NCBI GenBank assembly: GCA_041653395.1
Contig: JBAZFK010000004.1
Location: 5,307-69,306 of the forward strand
Length of the DNA stretch: 64,000 bases
Direction: 5' to 3'
Origin: Candidatus Nanoarchaeia archaeon
Lineage (GTDB): Archaea; Nanobdellota; Nanobdellia; Tiddalikarchaeales; Tiddalikarchaeaceae
Position 1 is the stretch's first letter, and every line of letters begins with the position of its first letter. The position numbers and the translations under genes are program-made. The notes under the pieces were generated by a model that saw nothing but the letters and a program-made list of their open reading frames with translations, was not told the origin of the DNA and made no database searches. Shown one piece after another: positions 17,873 through 25,775 of this stretch.

Positions 17873-20725
17873 TCATTCAATCAATATTCCAGGCTTGCCG
17901 GGCAATGCTGATTTAGCTTTATCCTCTGCTGATTCTGCAATTATTTCAACTTTGCAGTTAAACTCTTTCTCAATAAACTTTGATGAATTAAGCATGGCAT
18001 TGTGCTCGTTTTTTCTGCTGCTTAATTCCTCAGGCCTTTTTGAAGGATTTTTCTGCATTGAAATTATTATTTTTGAAGCCTGCTCTGCATGCTTTTTAAT
18101 TTCAGGAATTGACAGTATTTTTTTAATGTCCAAATTCTTGCCCGAATTAATTATTTCTTTGAACAATTCATATTTCCATTCATCAGGCATAAATATCTTG
18201 ATTTTTTTAGGAGATTTTTTTATAATACTGATTAGTTCATGAATGTCTTTTGAGGTGTTAATCACTGTTTTTTGTGAAGTCTCAATAGATTTGTTTATCA
18301 GTTCCTCTTTTATTTTTGGGAAAAGCTGCAAAGAGACTAATTCGTTGCTTAATCTGCTGTAATATTCCTCGCAAATATGTGGCATTATCGGCTCAAGAGT
18401 AATAAGCCAATCCGCTGCAATCATTTTCATAATTGAACCAAACTCTTTTTCATCAGCTCTTGATTTAAAATAGCTAACCTCATTCAATAGCTCAAAGAAC
18501 ATATTAAGGGAATAATCCCTTAACTGCATCTTATCTCCCTGTAAATATGCATCTTTTAATCTTGAATAAAACCTGCTAAGCACCCAATTGCCCAGCTCGC
18601 TTATTTTTTTAGTGGGTTTGCTTATAACTGCGGATTCCATTATTTTTTGAAAATATTCAATCTTATTCTTTGTTCTCTCAACTTCAGCATCTTTCCAGTC
18701 AGCCTGGCTGTCTATCTCTGTTGAGCTCACAACATATAATCTGTAAAGGTCAGCTGAGTACTTCCTTGAAATGTCAATCAAAGGGATAACATTACCTTTG
18801 CTCTTAGACATCTTCACCCCCTCCCTTCCCGTCAGGAACTCGTTGAAAGTCATTGCTTTTGGCCAGTACTTTTCAGGGAAAATCTTTATATGATGCATTA
18901 TAAAAAATATTAAATGATTGCTTATATGCCCTGGAGCTGTATGCCTCTGGTCAACAGGGTACCAGTACTCAAAGCTTTTTTTCATCTCAAGCATTACTTT
19001 ATATGGCACTTTTGATTCCCTGCTGATTTTCTCAGCATCTCCTATATTCAATAAGATGTAATCAAACAATTCCTTTGTCAGTTGCTCAGGCTTAATTTTT
19101 TCCTTTGCAATGATTTTTTTAAGCAGGTAAAAAACCATGTAAATTGTTGAATCGCTCAAGCTTTCAATTACCCAGTTAGTGTCATAAGGAAGCTTTGTGC
19201 CAAGTCCTCTTTTTCTTGCGCAAGGCCTCATTTCAAGCCAGTCAATAACATCAATAAACATTTTCCTGTATTTTTCAGGATAAATTTTCATGGAATTTAT
19301 AAGTACTCTTGCCTTGTTTTTCCATTCTTCGCTTCTATAATCAAGGAACCACTGGTCTTTCAATACTGCAACTATGACTTTCCCATTACATCTGCATTCA
19401 GCCTTCCTGGTTGTTTCGTAAAACTTGAATGCTAATTTTTTCCTCTCCAAGCACTTGTATACTGAGTCTTTTATTTCATTGATTTTTTTGCCAGAAAATT
19501 CCATGCAAGCATTATTAAGTATTCCCTGATAAAACTCGTCTTTGTAAACATTCTTTGTTGCCTCTTCAAGCAAATCCTTTTGGTCAATTGATTTAATCTT
19601 AAGTGCTTCAACTGCTTGGGCAGCTGAATCTTTTGCGTAGCCTTTGATTTCAATTATTTTAATAGGCTTTATTTTTTTAATCTCTGAAAAATTAAGTTTA
19701 TATTTTTTAATCAAAATTTCATCATTTTGCAGGCTTAATAACACCATGTAGTCAAAAGGTGCGTGCGCAGGCACTGAATAAACAACGCCTGATGCAGTGT
19801 CAGGGTCAACAAAGGATGCTGGCAGAATCATAACCTCTGAACCAATAGGAGTTGTCACTTTTTTCCCAACCAGCTTTTCTCCCTTAAATTCCTCAATTTT
19901 TTCAGCATTGCCATGTTGGTATTTGAACTTTTCATAAGCCAAAGAGCTCATTATGAAAAACTCTTTGCCTGATTTTATTTTAGCATAAGATTCAGCAGGG
20001 TTAATCCATAAATTAGTTATTCCAAAGATTGTTTCAGGCCTTAAAGTTGAGGCCACAATAAAAGAGTCGTCTAATTTGAATTTTATTGCAGAGAACTCGT
20101 TAATCTTAACTTTGTCAGTGTCCCCATCCTTGACATCATCCTCTCCAACAGCATTGTTGCATTCAACGCAGAAAATAACAGGATGCTTATCCTTGATTAA
20201 TACTTTGCTTTCCATAAATTTGTTATATTGCCATTCAATGAATTTGTTGTATTCTTTATCTCCTGTTGAGAATTTTCTAGTCCAATCAATGCTTAAGCCG
20301 ATGCTATCAAAATCATTGCTTATGACACTTGCAAAATAATTCGCAACATTAATAGGTTCCTTGAATGATTCTATTATTCTGTCAACTTCTGATTTGTTAT
20401 TTTCATAAATTTCAACATAACTTTTGAATAATTTAGTGTATTTAGTGTCACCCTTCTTGATTCTGTCACTTATTGCAAGTATTGGAGTTCCTGAAATATG
20501 AAAAGCCATAGGCCATAAAACGTTGAATCCCTGCTTTCTTTTGAACCTTGCAACGAAATCCGCAATGCAGTATGTTCTGCCATGACCCACATGCAATGGT
20601 CCTGAAGTGTAAGGGAATGGCACTGTGAAAAAGAATTTTTTCTTTTTGTTGTCAATAACTGGCTCAAAAGCCTTCTTTTCTCTCCAAATATCCTGCCATT
20701 TCTTTTCTATTTCATTCATTTCCAT
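17873..20725 (-). CDS. leuS: Leucine--tRNA ligase (archaeal type)
   Basis: PFPYTSGPLHVGH, STLRPET, SVPAHAPFD, IESLSDSTIY, KMSKSKGN, C-terminal PGKPGILIE. Confidence 0.97.
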   Translation of the reverse strand: MEMNEIEKKWQDIWREKKAFEPVIDNKKKKFFFTVPFPYTSGPLHVGHGRTYCIADFVARFKRKQGFNVLWPMAFHISGTPILAISDRIKKGDTKYTKLFKSYVEIYENNKSEVDRIIESFKEPINVANYFASVISNDFDSIGLSIDWTRKFSTGDKEYNKFIEWQYNKFMESKVLIKDKHPVIFCVECNNAVGEDDVKDGDTDKVKINEFSAIKFKLDDSFIVASTLRPETIFGITNLWINPAESYAKIKSGKEFFIMSSLAYEKFKYQHGNAEKIEEFKGEKLVGKKVTTPIGSEVMILPASFVDPDTASGVVYSVPAHAPFDYMVLLSLQNDEILIKKYKLNFSEIKKIKPIKIIEIKGYAKDSAAQAVEALKIKSIDQKDLLEEATKNVYKDEFYQGILNNACMEFSGKKINEIKDSVYKCLERKKLAFKFYETTRKAECRCNGKVIVAVLKDQWFLDYRSEEWKNKARVLINSMKIYPEKYRKMFIDVIDWLEMRPCARKRGLGTKLPYDTNWVIESLSDSTIYMVFYLLKKIIAKEKIKPEQLTKELFDYILLNIGDAEKISRESKVPYKVMLEMKKSFEYWYPVDQRHTAPGHISNHLIFFIMHHIKIFPEKYWPKAMTFNEFLTGREGVKMSKSKGNVIPLIDISRKYSADLYRLYVVSSTEIDSQADWKDAEVERTKNKIEYFQKIMESAVISKPTKKISELGNWVLSRFYSRLKDAYLQGDKMQLRDYSLNMFFELLNEVSYFKSRADEKEFGSIMKMIAADWLITLEPIMPHICEEYYSRLSNELVSLQLFPKIKEELINKSIETSQKTVINTSKDIHELISIIKKSPKKIKIFMPDEWKYELFKEIINSGKNLDIKKILSIPEIKKHAEQASKIIISMQKNPSKRPEELSSRKNEHNAMLNSSKFIEKEFNCKVEIIAESAEDKAKSALPGKPGILIE

Positions 20726-20745
20726 ATTATATCAATCCTTTAATT

Positions 20746-21021
20746 TCATTTTTTATTAATGTTTTTATTCATAAAATATTCTTCTAAATCTTTCACTATC
20801 TTTTCTTTTTTAGTGCTTAATTCGTAATTTTTAGAGTAGTAAGGCATTGCTGTTGCAAGCATTCCCCTACTTAAAACATAAACATTTATTGAGCTTTCAT
20901 TCCTTTCCAAAAGCACTCTTTCATTAGAGTAGCAAAATCTCATTGAACCATTGACAGGTATTATTATCTCTGTTAGCCCAGCAATTTTTGGGTATTCTAT
21001 CTTTATAGCTATATCAAACAT
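20746..21021 (-). CDS. Small hypothetical protein between the Leu-rich leader and leuS
   Basis: 91-aa ORF preceded by SD-like GAGTGAT. Confidence 0.6.
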   Translation of the reverse strand: MFDIAIKIEYPKIAGLTEIIIPVNGSMRFCYSNERVLLERNESSINVYVLSRGMLATAMPYYSKNYELSTKKEKIVKDLEEYFMNKNINKK

Positions 21022-21082
21022 TATTTAATCACTCTTTAAACTTTTTAGAAAAATAATGAATAACAAAACCACTGCATACAAT

Positions 21083-21109
21083 TTAGCGTAAGAGCAAGCT
21101 TGTCATCAT
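21083..21109 (-). CDS. Putative leu leader peptide MMTSLLLR
   Basis: ATG ATG ACA AGC TTG CTC TTA CGC TAA, about 22 nt after a TTTTTAAAAA box; three consecutive Leu codons at the head of the leuS transcription unit. Confidence 0.65.
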   Translation of the reverse strand: MMTSLLLR

Positions 21110-21180
21110 TAATAATTATGCAGCAAGCCAATTTTTAAAAACCTTTTTAATTAAAAAAAATTAATTAATAATATACTTAA

Positions 21181-21300
21181 GGGGCTGTAGTTTAACTTGG
21201 CAGAGCAGCTGGCTCCAGAAATCGCTTTTTTTGGAGCGCTGAGGCACTCAGGTGCCGTTGAAGAAACCAGCAAATCGGGGTTCAAATCCCTGCGGCCCCA
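21181..21300 (+). tRNA. tRNA-Trp(CCA) with a 47-nt intron at 37/38 (about 21219-21265)
   Basis: GGGGCTG/CGGCCCC-A acceptor stem, GCTGG-CT-CCA-G...A-CCAGC anticodon arm, GTTCAAATC T loop; CCA not encoded. Confidence 0.95.
21229..21264 (+). ncRNA. Intron-embedded C'/D'-type guide for Cm34 of tRNA-Trp
   Basis: TTTGGAGC is complementary to GCTCCAGA (one G-U pair); then CTGA (21239-21242), hairpin GGCAC-TCAG-GTGCC and a TTGAAGA C'-like box; the N+5 rule lands on C34. Confidence 0.7.
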
Positions 21301-21394
21301 AGTTTTATTTTTTTGTTAAGTTGATTTTCCGCCCACGCTTTGCAAAGCAAAGGGTGGGTTCCTAAATCCCTGCGGCCCCAAGTTTTATTTTTTT
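21284..21394 (+). repeat. 31-bp direct repeat of the tRNA-Trp 3' end (att-like) enclosing a hairpin
   Basis: AAATCCCTGCGGCCCCAAGTTTTATTTTTTT at 21284-21314 and 21364-21394; interior hairpin CCCAC-G-CTTTGC-AAA-GCAAAG-G-GTGGG. Confidence 0.9.
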
Positions 21395-21446
21395 CTTTAC
21401 ATAGTGGTGACATAGATTTTTAATAAGAGTTAATCATTTTTTTATT

Positions 21447-21806
21447 ATGAATAAATTAAAAACTTGCGAAATAGGAAGTTTAGTATTAGTTACTTTAAAC
21501 AAAACTAATTGTTTTAATTCAAGAGATGGGATGAGAGAAGTAATGCTTGGAGGTTTAGAAAAAGGGCTTCTTTCTGAAACTCAAAAAGAAAAAGGACTTA
21601 TTTCCGTTAAATCCATTGTAGGATATTATGTGGGAGACAGGCCAGGATTAATTAAAATAATTCCTCTATATGGAATACAGCATTTTGAATCAGAATATCT
21701 GATAATTAATGAAGAGCAAATAGAAGATATTTCATATCTTGCAAAATCTGAAGAACCAGCAATAAAATATAAGGGTTATGTTAGTATTCATAATGGACCT
21801 TTATAG
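21447..21806 (+). CDS. Hypothetical protein
   Basis: 119-aa ORF with a TATA box about 25 nt upstream. Confidence 0.65.
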   Translation: MNKLKTCEIGSLVLVTLNKTNCFNSRDGMREVMLGGLEKGLLSETQKEKGLISVKSIVGYYVGDRPGLIKIIPLYGIQHFESEYLIINEEQIEDISYLAKSEEPAIKYKGYVSIHNGPL

Positions 21807-21881
21807 ATAAAAAATTCATAACTTTTTTATTTTTTTATTTTAATACTAAGTTTTTTAATTAAGCTAAATGTAATAAAAAAT

Positions 21882-22760
21882 ATGTTGCTTTCCAATTATT
21901 TAGTCGGCATTTTTTCAGTATTAAAAAATGCATGGGCACCAATACTATTAGGTTTAATCATTAATATATTGATTGAGATTTTCATTCCAAAAAAAATAAT
22001 TCTTTCAGGATTCCATAAAAAAGACTTTTTGACAATAATAAGGGCATCGTTTTCAGGGCTACTCATTAGTGGACTGTCTTTTGGGGTCATTCCATTAATT
22101 GTTTCTTTAAGAAAGAAAGGGGCTTCATTTCCTGCATGCGCTGCAATGCTGGCTTTCACCCCATGGACAGGAGCTTTAGGCTTAATGATTGTCGGCTCCT
22201 ATGTTGGATTTTGGAACCTTATGATACTTTTAGGCTGCTCTTTTCTTTTATCATTAATTGTTGGATTACTCTTTTCATTGCTTGAAAAGTTTAATTTGCT
22301 TAAATCAAAGGCAGTTATTGAAAAAGAATATTTAAGCCTGAACAAGTATCATGACTTTGAAAATTATTTAAGCAGAAAAACAGGACTTAAGGAGATTTCA
22401 ATATCAATTTCAGAGCTTTTAAAAAATGTTTTCATAGCAATACTTTTCACTGCCTTTTTCCAGCTAATCTTCTCCCGCGAGTTCATATTAACTTATTTTT
22501 CAAACAATTATTCAATTCTTTACGCAATACCTTTGGCAACATTGATTGAAATAATTGGCGAAGGGTTCAGCATCTTTGCAGGAGAACTTTACTTATTAGG
22601 CGCTAATTTAGGAGTGGTTTTTTCAATAATAATTGCAGGAGTAATAACTGACATTAACGAGCTGTCAATGCTTGACAAGATTTTTTCAAAAAAAGCAGCA
22701 ACTGCTTACCTATTAATAAGCTTGGCAGGAGTTGTTTTTTTCTCATACTTTTTGGTTTAA
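21882..22760 (+). CDS. Predicted permease (DUF318/ArsP-like)
   Basis: About 8 TM helices; GVIPLIVSLRKKGAS and GANLGVVF repeats; the usual Cys motifs are absent. Confidence 0.75.
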   Translation: MLLSNYLVGIFSVLKNAWAPILLGLIINILIEIFIPKKIILSGFHKKDFLTIIRASFSGLLISGLSFGVIPLIVSLRKKGASFPACAAMLAFTPWTGALGLMIVGSYVGFWNLMILLGCSFLLSLIVGLLFSLLEKFNLLKSKAVIEKEYLSLNKYHDFENYLSRKTGLKEISISISELLKNVFIAILFTAFFQLIFSREFILTYFSNNYSILYAIPLATLIEIIGEGFSIFAGELYLLGANLGVVFSIIIAGVITDINELSMLDKIFSKKAATAYLLISLAGVVFFSYFLV

Positions 22761-23252
22761 TCATCCAAAAATAGCCCTTAATTCTTTTTCCAGCTCGCTG
22801 ATTTTTGTAATAATTTTTCCGCCATTAACTTTTATAAAATACTCAACCTGTAAGTTTACTGTTGAGCCGTCATTGTCAGCTGATAATCTGAAATCCCCTC
22901 TATAACCTAATATTGGTTTTTTTAAAGCTGCAGCATAACCTATCTCTGAAGCTGTTCCGCTGTCCACATCAGTGCCGTCCAAGACTGCAAATAATCCCGT
23001 GCTTTCTTTTATTGCACATGCATTATTGTATCCAATAATAGGATTAATTTCCTGCCATTTATTTTTTCTTCCAGGGCCGTATTCAGAGTTTAAGGCTGAG
23101 TCTATTAATTCTTTCTTGGTTAAACTCCAAGGATCAAGAATTATGTAGCCTAATTTTTTTATTGCAGGAAATATTTTTGATTTCATAAAATCATTTCCAG
23201 CCTCTGAAAAACCTAAGGGTGAAGCAACATAAATCTTTGTTTTTTCAGGCAT
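22761..23252 (-). CDS. Nucleoside 2-deoxyribosyltransferase family protein
   Basis: IYVASPLGFS, LDPW, LDGTDVDSGTASEIGYA, YRGDFR, NLQV. Confidence 0.9.
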   Translation of the reverse strand: MPEKTKIYVASPLGFSEAGNDFMKSKIFPAIKKLGYIILDPWSLTKKELIDSALNSEYGPGRKNKWQEINPIIGYNNACAIKESTGLFAVLDGTDVDSGTASEIGYAAALKKPILGYRGDFRLSADNDGSTVNLQVEYFIKVNGGKIITKISELEKELRAIFG

Positions 23253-23351
23253 TCTAAAGAGAAATTAATAAAACTATAAAAACTTTCGTTATTTATTTTT
23301 TTCAAAAATTAAATAGTTTTTTAAATAATAACTAATACTATTTTTATTATT

Positions 23352-23384
23352 ATGAAGCAAGTTGATTGTCCCACACGCGAGTGA
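23352..23384 (+). CDS. Putative thr leader peptide MKQVDCPTRE
   Basis: ATG AAG CAA GTT GAT TGT CCC ACA CGC GAG TGA, about 25 nt after TTTTTTAAAT; AAGCAAGT (23355-23362) can pair with ACTTGCTT (23398-23405). Confidence 0.5.
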   Translation: MKQVDCPTRE

Positions 23385-23439
23385 AACACTTATTAATACT
23401 TGCTTTGTTCTAAAAACAATTAAAGGAGATGAATATTAA

Positions 23440-25143
23440 ATGAAGATATTGACTATACACTCAGATTACGTTAATTTTGAGCCAACAAAGAAAGCAATCA
23501 AAAGCGCTGAAGAGATAAGCATGAAAAAAGAGGAGATGAAGGACTGCTTAGTGGTTTTTTCAGCAGTTGAAAAAAATGATGAGCCAGACTTGAAAGGAAT
23601 CGTCAATAAATACATTGATGAGATTAAAAAAGTGGCACAGCAGGTTAAGACAAATAAAATAGTGATCTACCCCTATGCCCACTTGTCAAGCAATTTATCA
23701 AATCCTGACTTTGCAGTTGAAGTGTTAAAAGAGGCTGAAAAAATATTATCAAAGGATTACAAAGTATTAAGGGCACCTTTCGGATGGTATAAAAAGTTCG
23801 AGATTTCATGCAAAGGCCACCCATTGTCTGAATTGTCAAGAGAGTTTAGCGTTGTTCAGCAAGCAAAGCCTGAATTAAAAGAGGAGCCATGTGACCCCAA
23901 AAAACTGCTCAGTGAAATCACAAAAATAAGGCTTGACACTTCTAAGCTTAAAGAAAATGATCACAGAATACTCGGGCAAAAACTGGATTTGTTCAGCTTT
24001 AATGAAGTTGCTCCAGGAATGGTATTTTGGCACAATAATGGGCTTATAATTTTCAACGAGTTAGTGAATTACTGGAGAGATGAGAAAAATCTTGCAGGTT
24101 ACCAGGAAATCTCAACTCCCCAAATAATGGACAAGAGATTATGGCAAATTTCAGGCCACTGGGACAAATATAAGGAGAACAATTTTGTCACAAAATATGA
24201 GGATACTCCAATGCTAGTCAAGCCTATGAGCTGCCCAGGAGGGATGCTTGTATACAAAAATAAGCCAAAGTCTTACAAGGAGCTTCCATTAAGAGTTGCT
24301 GAGCTAGGAAAGGTTCACAGGGTTGAATTGTCCGGAACACTTGGAGGGCTTTTTAGAGTTATTCAGTTCACGCAGGATGATGCGCATGTTTTTTGCGAAG
24401 AAAAGCAAATTGAAGGCGAAATAAGCAATATAATGGACATGATTTTTAGGATGTATAAAAAATTAAATATTGAATTTGACCATGTTGAATTATCAACAAG
24501 GCCTGAAAAAAGAGTGGGCTCTGAAGCAACTTGGGATAAGGCTGAAGCAATACTTGAAAGCTTGCTCAAGAAAAAGAAAACTAACTATAAAGTCAACAAA
24601 GGGGATGGCGCATTTTACGGGCCAAAAATTGATTTTCATGTAAAAGATTCCCAAGGAAGAACTTGGCAGACTTCAACAATACAGCTGGATTTTAACATGC
24701 CGGAAAGATTTGATTTAGAATACATTGGCGAGGACAACAAGCCCCACAGGCCTGCAATGCTTCATTATGTTGTTTATGGGGCTATTGAAAGGTTCCTAGG
24801 AATCTATTTGGAGCACACTAACGCTAACTTGCCAGTTTGGCTTAGCCCGATTCAGGCAAGAGTTATTCCCTTCAATGAAGGCAATGTTAAAAGCGCAAAT
24901 AAGCTTTTAGAAGAGCTTAAAGAAAATGGAATAAGGGTTGATATTGACCTAGATAACGGAACAATAAATAACAAGATAAGGAATGCTGAACTGATGAAAA
25001 TACCTTATGTCTTAGTATTGGGGGATAAGGAAGAGAAAGAGGGCTTAGTCTCTGTTAGGAATAAGTCAAGCAAAAAAGTAAGCTCGCTGAAAAAATCAGA
25101 ATTTTTAAGCCAAATGCTTAAAGAGATAAATTACAGGGAATAA
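23440..25143 (+). CDS. thrS: Threonine--tRNA ligase: archaeal-type N-terminal editing domain plus bacterial-type catalytic core
   Basis: IYPYAHLSS, RAPFGWYK, CKGHPLSELS editing domain; DHRILG, ISGHW, KPMSCP, FTQDDAH, GAFYGPKID, TIQLDF, GAIERF. Confidence 0.96.
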   Translation: MKILTIHSDYVNFEPTKKAIKSAEEISMKKEEMKDCLVVFSAVEKNDEPDLKGIVNKYIDEIKKVAQQVKTNKIVIYPYAHLSSNLSNPDFAVEVLKEAEKILSKDYKVLRAPFGWYKKFEISCKGHPLSELSREFSVVQQAKPELKEEPCDPKKLLSEITKIRLDTSKLKENDHRILGQKLDLFSFNEVAPGMVFWHNNGLIIFNELVNYWRDEKNLAGYQEISTPQIMDKRLWQISGHWDKYKENNFVTKYEDTPMLVKPMSCPGGMLVYKNKPKSYKELPLRVAELGKVHRVELSGTLGGLFRVIQFTQDDAHVFCEEKQIEGEISNIMDMIFRMYKKLNIEFDHVELSTRPEKRVGSEATWDKAEAILESLLKKKKTNYKVNKGDGAFYGPKIDFHVKDSQGRTWQTSTIQLDFNMPERFDLEYIGEDNKPHRPAMLHYVVYGAIERFLGIYLEHTNANLPVWLSPIQARVIPFNEGNVKSANKLLEELKENGIRVDIDLDNGTINNKIRNAELMKIPYVLVLGDKEEKEGLVSVRNKSSKKVSSLKKSEFLSQMLKEINYRE

Positions 25144-25248
25144 CCAATTCCCTTAATTTTTTTTTATTGCCTGCTAACTTTTTTTTAATAAAAAAAACTT
25201 AATTACCCAATAGAAACTTATTTAAACAAATTCTTTTATAGTTTTTTT

Positions 25249-25398
25249 ATGGTTGTTGAACTATCTGATTTGGCAAAAGAATACAAACCAGTGTTTATTG
25301 TATCTACAAAAAATGAAGATTTTAATACTAAATTAATAGAGATTTTGGAAGAGTACACTTTAGCAGTTGTTGATTGCATAAAGCACTACAGGGATTAA
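25249..25398 (+). CDS. Small hypothetical protein (49 aa, MVVELSDLAKEYKPVF...KHYRD)
   Basis: Below the ORF-track cutoff; fills an intergenic gap and has a TTATTTAAA box about 25 nt upstream. Confidence 0.45.
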   Translation: MVVELSDLAKEYKPVFIVSTKNEDFNTKLIEILEEYTLAVVDCIKHYRD

Positions 25399-25411
25399 TC
25401 TTTTTTCTAGC

Positions 25412-25657
25412 CTAAAGCGCATCATCTAAACAATCATTTTTTTTGGAATCTTCATTTTCTTTAATCATTAGGGAATATATTCTTGTCAAATCTCTCATTG
25501 CAGTGTTAGCTTCCTTTGCATTCAAATTCCTAAAGCCTTTTTCACTAAGGTATTTTCCTTCAATTTCCCTGATTTTATTGTCTCCACAGATTTTTTGTAT
25601 CTGCATCTTCAACTCCATATATTTTAAAGTTAAATCTATATCAACCTGTTTATTCAC
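25412..25657 (-). CDS. Small hypothetical protein
   Basis: 81-aa charged helical ORF with a GTG start and an upstream TATA-like element. Confidence 0.5.
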   Translation of the reverse strand: MNKQVDIDLTLKYMELKMQIQKICGDNKIREIEGKYLSEKGFRNLNAKEANTAMRDLTRIYSLMIKENEDSKKNDCLDDAL

Positions 25658-25775
25658 AATAAAAGCTTAAGCAATTGTTTTTATAAAATTTTCTTAAAGA
25701 AATCGCTAATTAGAAATGTTTTTAAAAAGATTTGTTTATCTTTTTATCCATTAATCGCGAGGTTTAAGAAAAAAA

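Noticed and set aside
25249..25398. Small ORF ending YRD* resembling the thrS end YRE*, as a possible duplicated 3' fragment
   Set aside because: Similarity is limited to about 9 nt; not enough to call a repeat or pseudogene.
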